64,000 nucleotides of DNA from Octopus vulgaris (GCA_951406725.2 OX597830.1:19220001-19284000), one strand, 5' to 3'. Numbered from the stretch's first letter, positions 13,052 through 27,027 are shown. The notes: generated by a model from the sequence alone, not told the origin. Program-made: numbers and translations.

Positions 13052-13081
13052 TGTATGTATGTATGTATGTATGTATATATC

Positions 13082-13152
<71 letters not shown>

Positions 13153-13308
13153 AGTAAGAGGATATTTAGACCTCTTCAAGGGATATTTTTATCCAAGGTA
13201 CACTGGTTTAATATACTGTATTTTGAAGAAATATTTCTTCAATGAATATATTATATAAAATATCAAGTATTATTATTAACTTGGAAAATAAAGAGATCTA
13301 ATATATTA

Positions 13309-13359
<51 letters not shown>

Positions 13360-13422
13360 CATACATACTATACTTTATAATTTTTATATATTATACAGTA
13401 TTATACATCCATCACAGCTGAT

Positions 13423-13501
13423 CTTACCAATCAGTTTCGTGCTAGGAATACAATGGAGTGGTAGGTAACAATCCAATTGTCTAACCTTACGCTCATCTGA
13501 G
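13423..13501 (-). ncRNA. Degenerate hammerhead motif
   Basis: Minus strand: CT CAGATGA GCGTAAGG...CCTAGCAC GAAAC TGATTG GTA AG. Confidence 0.45.
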
Positions 13502-14854
13502 TTAGCCAATATGGCGAATTTTGAAATGCAGGTTTTTTTGCAGATTCAGAATCTTCGTCCTTGATATAGTGTGTTCCTGTAAAAAGAAAAAAATCTCAAA
13601 GGGGTGCGGTTCATGATCTTTACCTCTGCCAGAAGATTTATTGGTACAATAACATGTGTGTTTTTGTGTGCATCATATATACAGGATAATAGACAGGTCG
13701 TCATGAGAACAAAATGTATGTGTGTGTGTGTGTATGCGTAGATGTATGCACGTGTGAAGAACGAACGGAAACGAGATGAAACCAGTGAAAGAGTCTATAG
13801 TCATTGAAGTGAGAAGTTCGTAATTAAATGATACCAGTTCATAGACATTAGTACACAGTAGTTGAAATACAGTATCAAGAAGTCACGGCCATGATGCTGA
13901 CCCTGTTGCAGGTACATGTCATACGTGAAGTCGTGGCTGTGATGCTGCTGCCTGGGTCACTTGGTACAGGAGTTCTTGCAGGTTGTATATTCACTGTTGA
14001 TCCATTGTGAAGTAATTCACGAACGGTGGCGTGTTGGAACCTGGGCGAGTTGCTTGGTGAGCGGTGCATGTAGGTAGGGAGATGATGCTGATGATATTGA
14101 AAGTCTCAACGTGGCTGCTGTGGTGTCGTCACCGGAACTGGCTGCGTCTTGTGTGGTCAGTGGCTTGACCGAAAAAGATCTGGAACCGGAAGACCTGTAT
14201 TGAGGAAAAAGCTGGATTTTTATATAAAGTAGTAGGTTTGAAATAGGGCTCAAAAAAGGTTGTTCACATGATGCTATCTGAAGTCTCTGACTGGCTATCC
14301 ACGGTCAGTTGGCACAACATAGTAGGAGACAAATTGCACCAATACCAACCAATCAGAGTAGTGGACACAAGATACAAACAGCGGTCAAAGGCCAGTTGAT
14401 CCCTACTACATTCGAATACACATATATATATAGAGTCTACAGAACAGGAGGATCAATAAATTTGCTTAGTATCAAATAGGTCAGCTGTATGGTTAATGCA
14501 ACACCAAAATTTCACCACCTGTCGCCAAGACATTGCGTCAAAGAATCATGTTTACATTTAAGTTTTTAATGTTTTGTTTACAGTTTAATTTTATTTGACA
14601 TATGTGACCATTGCATAACTTCAAAATATCAACCAAATATATATTTGGTATGTTTATGCATAGGCATTCATAGAAGCTAATGGGTAGTAAACAACAGTAG
14701 CAGCAACATTATCAAGTACTACGACCACAACAGCCACTATCATAGACTTCACTATTTCCACTGCAACTCCTACTACTGGTGCTATACTACAACTGATGCT
14801 GGTGCTGCAGCTATTACTACTGCTGCTGCAGCTGCTACTACTATTACTACTAGA

Positions 14855-14908
<54 letters not shown>

Positions 14909-15204
14909 GCTACTAAAAGTCACTTGACCAGCTAAATCATCATCATCATCATTATCAACATCATCATCATCATCATCATCATGTTTACCTCCAATTTTCC
15001 ATGTGTGCATGGGTCAGGAGTATTTTGAGTCAGATATTCTATAGCTGGATGCCCTTCCTGTCACCAACACTCACCTGTTTCCGATGAAAATAGTATCTTC
15101 TCATGACCAGGATATGTTTTAACACAGCGTCTTAGAAATGAATGACATGCATTTACAACAAACACAGTGTCAAGGCAAGGAGACATAAACATATGAGCAG
15201 AATT

Positions 15205-15875
15205 CACAAAAAAAAAAAGACGAAAACAGGTGGTGTCGACATCAAACAGATGTATTAGCATAACGCTCTGGAAGTGAAAAAGTCTTTAATGTTTCGAGCC
15301 TATGCTCTTCCACAAAAAGGAACACAGAAAGAAACAAGGAGAGATAATAAAGAATGTGTAGTGGCTAGCAATCTATCATGGCAAAGAACAACCAGAGTAG
15401 GTAGAAACGACAATAGGAAAAATCAGAAAGTACGAAAAAAGGTTAGAAAGTATAAAAAAAGTTATGAAAAGTTCAAAAGCTTCAGATGTCGTGGTGTATT
15501 GGAGCGATTTTTCATCAACAGAGGAGACCAGTGCAATCCATAGGCAGGAGAGGTGCAGCTAAAGTGTAGAAAGTCCAGTAGAAGTTGGTGGGTGATGAGA
15601 GGAAACAGGTAGAATCCGTAGAAGCTTGTGGGGGATGAGAGGAGACAGGATCAACTGGTGCGACCACGTGAGCATGTAATATATGGGGAGAATTCACAAC
15701 CCCCCCCCCAAAGACGAAGACAGGTGGTGTAGATAACAAACAGATGTATTAGTATAACGCTCAGGAATTGAAAAAGTCTTTAACTTTTCGAGCCTACGCT
15801 CTTCCACAGAAAGGAACAGAAAGAAACAAGGAGAGAAAATAATGTGTAGTGGCTAGCGATCTATCATGGCGAATG
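15205..15875 (-). mobile_element. Two tandem PLE terminal repeats (~15215-15385 and ~15712-15870), each with a hammerhead variant
   Basis: Direct repeat AAAGACGAA..CAGGTGGTGT...TTTCGAGCCTA(T/C)GCTCTTCCACA...GTAGTGGCTAGC. Reverse complement of 12240-12425. Confidence 0.75.
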
Positions 15876-16339
15876 CTGGACATAAGGGTCACACAGGAGA
15901 GCTAGGGAGAAGGGGAGATAACAAAGTAGTGGTGATCGATCCCAAAACGAAGGTGCGCGTGCGTATGTATAAGAGAGTTTGTATGTATGTGTGGAAGAGG
16001 GGTGGTGATCATGACGTGTACGTGTGTGTATGTGTAGGTGTGAAAATGGGGGTCTGGGAAGTGGTCAGTGCTGATGTGTGCGAGGTGGTGTGTTGTGTGG
16101 TATAGTGGTGTATAGTGTAGTGGTGTGAAGGTGTTCGCAGGTGGGGGACATACATACATACATACATACATACATACATACATACATACATACATACATA
16201 CATACTCTGTTGTTGAAGTTGAAATTCCAATGAAGGAACCTTGGATCTAGGTTAGAAATTGGCTCTTTCTCTATTGACAAGAAATCTTGAAATAAAACTG
16301 AACAACGACATACATACATACATACATACATAATCCTCA

Positions 16340-16595
16340 TCATCATCACCGTTTAACGCCCGCTTTCCATGCTAGCATGGGTTGGACGATTTGACTGGGG
16401 TCTGGCGAACCTGATGGCTGCACCAGACTCCAATCTGATCTGGCAGAGTTTCTACAGCTGGATGCCCTTCCTAACGCCAACCACTCTGAGAGTGTAGTGG
16501 GTGCTTTTACGTGCCACCAGCACGAGGGCCAGTCAGGCAGTACTGGCAACGGCCACGCTCAAATAGTGCTTTTTATGTGCCACCTGCACAGAAGC
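16340..16595 (-). mobile_element. RTE LINE 3' UTR fragment
   Basis: Same 3' end as 10793 and 28323. Similar short fragments at 20190-20553(+), 23443-23600(+), 29283-29430(+), 30224-30755(-), 34690-34910(-), 35538-36052(+), 41033-41275(-), 50093-50346(-) and 57980-58345(-). Confidence 0.85.
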
Positions 16596-16909
16596 ATACA
16601 TACATACATACATACATACATACATACATACATGCATGCATGCATACGTGAAAAGAGAAAGCTGATTTGAAGACTACAGATCCAAGCCATCACTGGAACT
16701 GCAAAAAATTTGTAAAACTTTCCAGAAGTTCCTTATTTAAGTATATATATGTATATCTTAAGGAGCAACTATACGTATGAGAATACATACATAAAACATA
16801 ATATAAAAATCTGCACATGCACTGCACTCTAAATGCTGCTCATATACACACATAAATGCAAATATCCTCTTGATGTTGCTGAAATTCCAATGAAGGAGCT
16901 TTAGATCTT

Positions 16910-17862
16910 CCTCATCATCAACCTTTAACGTCCGGTGTCCATACTGGCATGGGTTGGATGGTTTGACCAGAATAGTGTCTGGCTGTACCAGACACCATTA
17001 TGATTTGGCATGGTTTTCTATGGCTGGGTGCCCTTCCTAATGTCAACCACTCCAAGCATGTAATAGGCGCTTTTTAATGTCACCATTTGTGCGGCACCAG
17101 TATCTGCATGACTGTGATTTTGCTCAGCTTGATGGGTCTTTTTCTCAAGCCTGGCGTAATGCCAAAGGTTTCAGTCATTGCCTCTCTCAGGCCCAATACT
17201 CAAAAGGAACGTAGCCATTTTGTCTCCATGAGGCCCAATGCTCAAAAGGAACTCAGCCACTTTGCCTCCGTGAGACCCAATACTTAAAGGAACTCAGCCA
17301 CTTTGCTTCCATGAGGCCCAATACTTCAACAACGTTCTTTATGCACCACCAGTGTGGTGCCAGTTATGTGACATCATCATGAGCCATGACTAGGATTTTA
17401 CTTGGCTTGATGGGTCTTCTCAAGCACAGCATATTGCCAAAAGTCTCAGTCACTAGTCATTGCCTCTGTGAGGCTCAAAGTTCAAAGGTCATGCTTCACC
17501 ATTTCGTCCCACATCTTCCTGGGTCTACCTCCACAGTTAGAGATCAGCACTTTACACAGCTGTTTTCATCCATACACATCACATGACCATACCAGCTCAG
17601 TCGTCTCTCTTGCACACCACATCTGATACCTCTTATGCCTAACTTTCCTCTCAAGATGCTTACCCTCTGTTGAACATGCACACTGACATTGCACATCTAG
17701 CGAAGCATACTGGCTTCATTTCTCTCAAGCCTACGCATGTCCTCAGCTGGTGTAGCCCATGTTTCACTGTCATGCAGCATAGCTGTTCGCACATGGGCAT
17801 CATACAATTTCCCTTTCACTCTGAGAGAGAGACCCTTTGTTGCTAGCAGAGGTAGGAGCTCA
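16910..17862 (-). mobile_element. RTE LINE 3' fragment inserted into a short repeat
   Basis: ELLPLLATKGLSLRVKGKLYDAHVRTAMLHDSETWA...MRRLERNEASMLR. The flanks 16880-16908 and 17863-17917 join to give the intact element seen at 16218-16303. Confidence 0.85.
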
Positions 17863-17921
17863 AGGTTAGAAATTGGCTCTTCCTCTATTAGCAAGAAATC
17901 TTGAGATAAAACTGAATTACA

Positions 17922-18142
17922 TACAAGGGGGTGCTGAAATGTTCCTGGCTTTGGGTAAAAAAAAAAATACTGGAGTATCAGTTAATTATGATTTTATTCA
18001 ACATATTCCTCTCTCAGATCCACACACTTATTGCAGTGGTCCTTTAGTTTTTCTGGGCCCTGTAAAAGAACACAGAAGGTTGAGCCTCCCACCAAGCTTT
18101 TCGAGACACCCTTAAAGCCAGGAAATTTTCAGCACACTTCAT
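17922..18142. mobile_element. Mariner-derived MITE
   Basis: Imperfect TIRs TACAAGGGGGTGCTGAAATGTTCCTGGCTTT / AAAGCCAGGAAATTTTCAGCACACTTCATA, with TA at both ends. Confidence 0.75.
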
Positions 18143-18170
18143 ACATACATACATACATACATACATACAT

Positions 18171-18248
<78 letters not shown>

Positions 18249-18576
18249 GGACTAACAGACAGACAAACACACACATACATACATATATGACAGGTTTCTT
18301 TCAAGTTATGTTTACCAAATGCACTCACTACAGCCCAGGGCTATAGTAAACGACACTTGCTCAAAGTGCCGCACAGTAGGATTGAACCTGAAGTCATGTG
18401 GTTGGGAAGCAAGCTTCTTAACCACGTAGTCACACCAGAAAATTGCCCTCAGAATTTATATTTGTTAAACTTTAGACTAGTACTGGATACATTGTGCCTG
18501 AAAATAATATGGGACAAGCAATGACAACTAGAATGCCTTTACTTGGTGTTAAACAACAATGTCAACAATTAAAAGT

Positions 18577-18614
<38 letters not shown>

Positions 18615-18640
18615 TGCTGCTGCTGCTGCTGCTGCTGCTG

Positions 18641-18671
<31 letters not shown>

Positions 18672-18845
18672 CACTACTGCTGCTGCTACTATAACTATCA
18701 CTACTATAGCTGCTACAACTACTACTACTATAACTGCTACTACTTGTAGTACAACTATTACTACCACTACTACTACTACTACTACTACTGCTACAATGTT
18801 CCCTTTACAACCCATCCTGTGTATCAGTATTATTTTGTTCAAAGT

Positions 18846-19260
18846 AAGGCAGCAAACTGGCAGAATCTTTATAACGCCGGGCAAAATGCTTAGCGGTATT
18901 TCGTCTGTCGCTACGTTCTGAGTTCAAATTCTGCTGAGGTCGACTTTGCCTTTCATCCTTTCGGGGTTAATTAAACAAGTACCAGTTACGCTCTGGGGTC
19001 GATATAATCGACTTTATCTGTTTGTCTATCCTTGTTTATTCCCTATATGTTTAGACCCTTGTGGGCAATAAAGAAATAAGAATCGTTAGCAGGTTGGGCA
19101 AAATGTTTAGTGGTATTTTGTCTGCTGCTATGTTCTGAGTTCAAATTTCAACAAGGTCGACTTTGCCTTTCATCCTTTCAGGGTCAATTAAATAAGTACC
19201 AGTTATGCACTGGGGTTGATGTAATCAACTTAACCTCCTCCATCAAGCTGCCCTTGTAGC
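18846..19260 (+). mobile_element. SINE family B head-to-tail dimer
   Basis: The first unit ends AAAGAAATA at ~19078 and restarts directly at AGAATCGTTAGCA. Confidence 0.8.
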
Positions 19261-19686
19261 AAAAATTTGAAATCATTTGTTTGTTCAACAGTTCAGCCAA
19301 AAAGATACAGCTGTAGTAGTAGTAATAGTAGTGGTAGTAGTAGTAGTAGTAATAGCAGTAGTTGTTGTAGTAGAAGTACTAGTAGTAGTAGTTGTTGTTG
19401 TAGTAGTAGTTGTATTGCTAGTAATAGCTGAAATATGAATGTATCTTTATTAAAAAGATGAATGTCTGTGTGTCTGTCTGTTTGTCGATTTATAGGAAGA
19501 AAGGCTACGGTATCAACATAAAAACTAAAAGTTAATTCTTGTGTAAAATATTCCAAGGAAAACAATAGAAGTGGTCCCAAGTCTCTATGTGGCCCCAGCC
19601 CCTTAAGGGAGCTACAGGCCCTTTCCCAAAGTGTTGCACATAGTGCAGTCCTCACTCAAAAAAATGCCCAGTCTAAAGGAGATAAC

Positions 19687-20098
19687 ATACTCTTTACTCT
19701 TTACTCTTTTTTACTCTTTTACTTGTTTCAGTCATTTGACTGCGGCCATGCTGGAGCACCGCCTTTAGTCGAGCAAATTGACCCCGGGACTTATTCTTTG
19801 TACTTATTTTTCGGTCTTTTTTGCCGAACCGCTAAGTGACGGGGACGTAAACACACCAGCATCGGTTGTCAAGCAATGCTAGGGGGACAAACACAGACAC
19901 ACAAACACACACACATATATATATACATATATACGACAGGCTTCTTTCAGTTTCCGTCTACCAAATCCACTCACAAGGCATTGGTCGGCCCGGGGCTATA
20001 GCAGAAGACACTTGCCCAAGATGCCATGCAATGGGACTGAACCCGGAACCATGTGGTTGGTTAGCAAGCTACTTACCACACAGCCACTCCTGCGCCTA
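19687..20098 (-). mobile_element. SINE family A copy
   Basis: Full-length reverse-complement match. Confidence 0.9.
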
Positions 20099-20503
20099 TA
20101 CATACAAACAGACAAACATACATACAAACAGACAAACATCCACACACATACACATGGATATGCAGAATACATATGTGTATACAAATGCATGTCGGCTTTC
20201 TGGCACTTGTGCCAGTGTGCAGGTGAAAACCAGCGCCACCTTACTGGCACTTGTGCCGGTGTGCAGGTGACATGTAAAAAAAAAAACACAATTTTGTATG
20301 GCCGTTGCCAGTACTGCCTGACTGGCCCTCATGCTGGTGGCACATAAAACCACCCACTACACTCTCGGAGTGGTTGGCATTAGGAAGGGCATCTAGCTGT
20401 AGAAACTCTGCCAGATCAAATTGGAGCCTGGTGCAGCCATTTGGTTTGTCAGTCCTCAGTGAAATCGTCCAACCCATGCTAGCATGGAAAGCAGACGTTA
20501 AAC

Positions 20504-20556
<53 letters not shown>

Positions 20557-21198
20557 CAAACACATACATACATACATACATACCTATGTGTATATGCATG
20601 TACATTGATGCACACACATGCACGCAAACAAACAAAAAGAAATGCAGCTCCAATAATGGACATAGTCAACAACTATTGAAGATGTTGCAAGAAACAATGA
20701 AAATTTTGGAAGAAAACAAAAAAAAAAAATGAGAGGAAATCGAACCAGTGAATGTTAATAAAGCAACCCTCCCCAGACCCATCAAAACTAGATGGAAGTT
20801 CAGGGAAAACTAAAAGCAGAAAAATATTCATTTTTCACAGTTTACAATATTTGATCATCAACTGTCTTCCTCATTATTCTATGTGTAAGATGTTATGCTA
20901 CTCACAAAGATAGATTTTTATTATATGTGTATATTCCTATTGAATTTGTGTGTGCACTTTAATAGCATTATGATATTGTTTTCATTTGTTTTATATTTAT
21001 ATCTTTGACCCACCAGGCTATTCATCGAAGAAAATCTGTTTGTATTTTTGTTTGTTGTAATACATAAGTTAACAGTCATTTCTTATACATGTTCAATACA
21101 ATCTAAGTGAATAAATTTCAATATTCATTGTACAATTTTGACAGCTTTTTTCAACCCAGTTAATGACACGTGTTTCTGCAAGTATATATATATGTGTG

Positions 21199-21229
<31 letters not shown>

Positions 21230-21270
21230 ATATATATGTATATATATATATAAATGTATATATATATGTG

Positions 21271-21319
<49 letters not shown>

Positions 21320-21322
<3 letters not shown>

Positions 21323-21785
21323 AAGTAAATGAGAGAATGGAGTCGAACGACGATTTTAACAAAATTCCTTTATTCTCGACATATGTTTCGAAGACTGCAT
21401 ATTCTTAATTCCGAAGGAATAAAGGGTGCATTATGCCGCCTTCTCATAAGGAAAGACAAGGAACTTATGTCAGCATCATGACGAACATAAGTTCCTTGTC
21501 TTTCCTGATGAGAAGGCAGCATAATGCACCCTTTATTCCTTCGGAATTAAGAATATGCAGTCTTCAAAACATATGTCGAGAATAAAGGAATTTTGTTTAA
21601 ATCGTCATTCGACTCCATTCTCTCATTTACTTATAGGTAAAAAAAACACACAAATTTCCACACGAGAACACATGATTTCTGCCCATGGCATGTAGCTTCA
21701 ACCGTGTTTTCTGACATGAATTTGCTACCCGGGTATCGGTTAACCGAATTATCCATACTAGGATAATTCATTCACCTACTTAAAT
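21320..21785 (+). mobile_element. PLE-terminus fold-back element: 151 bp arms (21320-21470 / 21485-21635) plus a unique tail, between (TA)n tracts
   Basis: Near-perfect inverted repeat with a 14 nt loop. Each arm carries a hammerhead motif. Confidence 0.9.
21501..21581 (+). ncRNA. Hammerhead ribozyme motif (G12>A in this arm; the mirror copy on the minus strand has G5>U)
   Basis: TTTC CTGATGA GAAGGCAGCATA...TATGCAGTCTTC AAAAC ATAT GTC GAGA. ACATATGT is palindromic. Confidence 0.75.
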
Positions 21786-21788
21786 ATA

Positions 21789-21825
<37 letters not shown>

Positions 21826-22253
21826 CAAGCAGTAAAAAGGATTAATGAATCCAGGCAGATATCTATAAAGCATTCAGTGTTAATTGAATTTGGTTAACTG
21901 TATCAAACAATCAAATATCGATAAATTCAAATAGAATTACCATCCAAGGTAATTCTTCATGTATGATTGAAATATCACTTAGAAGAATTTCAAGAAATCT
22001 GGATTAACTGGCAATATGAACAAGAATGGCAAAAATCACATCTTTAATTGATGATTACATCATATATAACTGACAATCATTTCCAGTAGTGGGTTATGCA
22101 GTGGAATCCTTTGGGATGTAAAAATGTGTTTAATATTGTATTGCTATTAAATTGACCTTCATAATCATTATTTCTGTCCAATTAGCATGTAGACCATCTC
22201 ATACTGTGAATAAGATTTGTGATATTTTTATTCTTATAATTTATGTATGTACA

Positions 22254-22304
<51 letters not shown>

Positions 22305-23332
22305 ATGCCAAACGGTGAAAATGAGTATTCAATCCTGCATTGGGAGGTAAATACTTACTTCATTTAGGGATTTTCAAGACTACCTTAGGTTTCATGCATT
22401 TACAGTTAGCAATTTTCAAATGTTCCACTTATAAAGGTAATCTGTCTAATGTATGGCGGCAGTTTTTTCTCATTCACTGGCAATGTCTGTTTCATTTTCT
22501 CACTGATGGTACTCACTCTGGCAGTAAATATACAGCAAGTGTATCCTGAACTTGCATAAGGTGATGAAGTGCAACAATTATTGAACTGTTAGCACAGAAA
22601 GTCCTGAATGTAAATTTTCATACTTGTGTTATTCAATAAATTTAGTCCTCTATTCACGATGATGATGATGATGAAATAGGCGTAGGAGTGGCTGTGTGGT
22701 AAGTAGCTTGCTTACGAACCACATGGTTCCAGGTTCAGTTCCACTGCGTGGCACCTTGGGCAAGTATCTTCTACTATAGCCTCGGGTCGACCAAAGCCTT
22801 CAGGTTTAACTATCTATCTGTGTGTGTGTGCATGCGTACATATATCATCATCATCATCATCGTTCAATGTCCGTTTTCCATACTGGCATGGGTTGGATGG
22901 TTTGACAGGAACTGGCCAGATTTCATGGTCTGTTGTGGCATGGTTTGTGTGGCTGGATGCCCTTCCTGACATCAACCACTTTACAGAGAATACTGAGTGC
23001 CTTTTACATGCCACCAGCAAGGGTACATTTACACAGCACAGGCACAAACGCATTTTATGTGGCACCCACACCTGTAAAAGACAAGCCTGTACATATGGAC
23101 GACAGTGATTTTACACAACTTGAACTCATCTTCTCAAGTGTAGCAAATCACCACAACTCTTTATTTCACCCACTGCTTACACTTCAGGAATTTCATGCTG
23201 GCATCCTGGGATCCAGACACCAACATGGTCTATCAAATAGCAGTCAAAGGGAGTTAATCCCTTGTTGTTGACAGAATAACGAAGTCTTTTCCTCCTCCAT
23301 TTTCTAGAGAGGCCATAGGCCAATGGGTTTTA

Positions 23333-23391
23333 GTGTCTGAAGAAACACTGTAAAGCTAAGTGCTGTATGGACATGAAACCCAGAGTAACAT
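23333..23391 (+). ncRNA. Degenerate hammerhead motif
   Basis: GTGT CTGAAGA ...CTGTAAAGC-TAAGT-GCTGTATGG... GAAAC CCAGA GTA ACAT. The base of stem II is imperfect. Confidence 0.5.
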
Positions 23392-23602
23392 CATAGACTG
23401 GCCATATCTACCTTTATACATATTTATATATTGGCGTCAGGAAGGGTTGGCGTTAGGAAGGGCATCCAGCTGTAGAAACACCGCCAGATCTGACTGGCTT
23501 GGTGCAGCCTTCGGGCTCCCCAGACCCCAGTTGAACCGTCCAACCCATGCTAGCATGGAAAGCAGACGTTGAACGAAGATGATGATGATGATGATGATGA
23601 AA

Positions 23603-24022
23603 TAGGCGTAGGAGTGGCTGTGTGGTAAGTAGCTTGCTTACGAACCACATGGTTCCGGGTTCAGTCCCACTGCGTGGCACCTTGGGCAAGTGTCTTCTAC
23701 TATAGCCTTGGGTCGACCAAAGCCTTGTCAGTGGATTTGGTAGATGGAAACTGAAAGAAGCCCGTTGTATATATGTATATGTATATGTATGTATGTGAAT
23801 GTGTATATGTTTGTGTGTCTGTGTTTGTCCCCCATAACATCGCTTGACAACCAATGCTGGTGCGTTTACATCCCCGTAACTTAGCAGTTTGGCAAAAGAG
23901 ACCGATAGAATAAGTACTAGGCTTACAAAGAGTAAGTCCTGGGGTCGATTTGCCCAACTAAAGGCAGTTCTCAAACATGGCCACAGTCAAATGACTGAAA
24001 CACGTAAAAGAATAAAAGAGTA
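23603..24022 (+). mobile_element. SINE family A copy fused to an RTE (GAT)n tail
   Basis: Full-length match, immediately after the RTE 3' end at 23443-23600. Confidence 0.9.
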
Positions 24023-25962
24023 AATAAGTAATAATTTTATATTTGGGTAGACATCTTGTAGTATATTGTTGGTATACTGTTTAAAGCACATTCACAATAT
24101 TCAGCCACCTGATGTCAACAACAGTTGGACAGTATATATGCCACTGGATTTACTTCACAAATCCCTTTGTGTCTATAGAGTTTATATTTTAAAAAATGAA
24201 CAAAATATGAGAATTCTTTCATTGTATCTCAGTTTCTTCTTGTGACATAGTATATTATGCTAACCAAAATGTGAGGCCTTGGGAATCATTATCATCAGTG
24301 GAACATTATCATCAGTGTCATAGATGACGGTCAGGAAGGGTGAATTGTAGAGTCTCTTGCACCACACATTCTTAACAATAGTGTGTTGTCTTCTCAAGAA
24401 TGTCTCCAGTGCAGTTAGGTTTTACAGAGAAAAGACAATTTATATGTTGTCATTTTGGTTTTGTTTTGTAATGCATTCAAAGAATAATACAGGCTTCAAA
24501 TTTTGGCACAAGGCCAGCAGTTTTAGGGGAGGGGCTAAGTCAATTACATTGACCCCAGTGTCCAGCTGGTACACAGAGGATGAAACACAAAGTCAACCTC
24601 AGCAGAATTTGAACTCAGAATGTAATGACAGGAAAATTTCACAAAACATTTTGCCTGGCATGCTAACAATTCTGCCAGCTTGCCACCTTACATTCCAAAA
24701 ATATTATTGGTTTTGAATTTTGACACAAGGCCAGCAATTTTGGGGGAGGATGTGAGTAGATTACATCAACCCCAGTGTTCAGCTGGTACTTATTTTACCA
24801 ACCCCGAAAGGATGAAAGACAAACTGAATTTGAACTTGGAACATAATGACAGAGATGAAATGCCACCTTACATTCAAAGAATAATATTGCAGGTCAGAAA
24901 TATAAGCTATCAACTTTGGCAAATCAAGTCTGTTCCTGTTTTGGTCAATTAACCTTTTTACAGACAAGAGTTTATCACTAAGTGATTTAGCAAAAGTGTG
25001 CCAAGAGACAGACCTTGGCAATAAACAAAACTGGTTGTTATACTGTTTTTAAAAGAGAACAAAAATTCTATTTTACAAATATAAATTTTTACAGGTTTTT
25101 CTTACCAGTTTTACATGTTTTGACATGAATCTGTATAATTAAACGGTTAAGATCCTTGTACCCTAGTGTATAGTTACAAGACACATTCTTGTAACTATTG
25201 TCTGTTGTAATACAATAGAATGGGCCTTTATTATTTAGATCTAGATAACCCTTCATCAAACCTTGTGTTACCATATCTCTGTCAAAATACAATTTATTTT
25301 TAAAATAATGAACGCACTCATTTTTGTTGCCCTCTATTCCTGTGAAGGTTGTTGAGGTAGAGTCCCCAGACACCTCCTCCTTCACAGGGTCCTATCAGAA
25401 GCAACCATAATTACATTTTCTGCTGGATTCCGGAGCGTGACCGACTGAGACATTGGATATTATGCCCCTAGGTCTCCGGCCAGTTGGCTTGGCTTGAGAA
25501 ATCTATTTCGCAATCTAACATGTCCATAACACTGGAGCTGTGATATCACAATCTGGAGAATAGCACCTCCTGGAAAGACTCCCTAATATCAGAGAAACAT
25601 GCCTTTTTGAGTAGTTTACATTGAAAAATAATAACAATGTAACAAAGTTTGTTTTTTTTTTGTTTTGTCTTTGGTCAGTAAGTGTTATTTCCTATTTGCT
25701 TCTATCTAGAAATCAAAGGAAGTGACTACTATTCCCTTCAGACTTTGCTTTTGTGACCTGGACATCAATGTTTTGAAACTGACCTATTTACCATTACATT
25801 ATCATTATAGCAAATATTTTGCTGAATACCACAGATTTGTTTCTCAGTTGCTTGACCTTAATTACTTGAGCATATCCCTTAATGGCTGACAATATGTGCA
25901 CCTCTGATCATGATAGGAGTAGTTAGGATGCATCATGGCCATGTGTTTGAAGTGATCCTTTA

Positions 25963-27027
25963 GGGTTTGAATAAATGTAACAAAAGCCAAGTTTCAAGGA
26001 AATATTAGCCATTTTTCATTCTTTCTAGGGGTAAGCATATAGGAAATAACAGTTGCTACCGAAGGACAAAAATCATGTTACACTGCAATTTATTGAGATA
26101 ATTTTATCCTTATAACGCTAGTATTTGGAATATAAATTTACATGAAACATATTACAAAACCAGAGGTGACCCAGGCAAGTTGGTATAATCTTGGTATATA
26201 ACTATTACAGCCATGACATCAACACCATTACAGCCAAGACAACCCTATCTTTAATCAACATAATCTCCCTAAAACTATATTATGAAAAATATATCCTTAC
26301 ATTATTAAATACACAAAGGAGAGATTTGAGAGATTCAGCTGTGAATTTTAGCAGATCAAGCAAACAGGAAGAGGCACCTTTGTTGGTTTCCAATAGAATA
26401 GGTATATGTATAGGATAGAAATTATGCTGATATGAAATCCAGAAATTAACGAGAAGAAACAACTACAAATGGTACATTTCAAACAATTTATTTAATATAC
26501 AATCAACAGATTAAAGAAATACAAAATATATATTTAAAAAAAAAATTAAGCTTTGTTCAACAGTAAAACAGAAGCGCTTATATATATGTGTATATATACA
26601 TGCATACACATATGATGATGATGATGGTTGTTAAGAAGATGATGATATACATCTGTATAGATGCATATATATATATATATATATATACACACATTTTATA
26701 ACAGTTGTCAAACAGAGGCTTGAGAACAAAAACATACATGCACATACACACACACACACACACACAGAGGCTTCTTTCAGTTTCTGCCAACAAAATCCAC
26801 ATGTGTGTAGACACACAAATATATGTATGTACACACGTATGTGTATTTTTCTTTTTTTTTTTTTTTTGATTATTAGTCAACTTGTAGAAAACAACAAACA
26901 TTTACTGAAGGTGATATTGTTTAAATAATTTGATTAAACAGCTTATTAAACCATTGGAATATGTCGTTAAAAGCAAAACTTGAAACTGCAGTCATGCGCA
27001 CATGCATGTATGCACACACACAGAGAT

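Noticed and set aside
14654-19655. Poly-Ser/Thr/Ala/Leu ORFs resembling mucins (14654-15010, 18559-18921, 19293-19655)
   Set aside because: They derive from (ACT)n/(GCT)n/(GAT)n tracts and run into repeat sequence.
25089-25385. 98 aa minus-strand ORF
   Set aside because: It starts within an RTE relic, uses a non-ATG start and has no recognisable domain.
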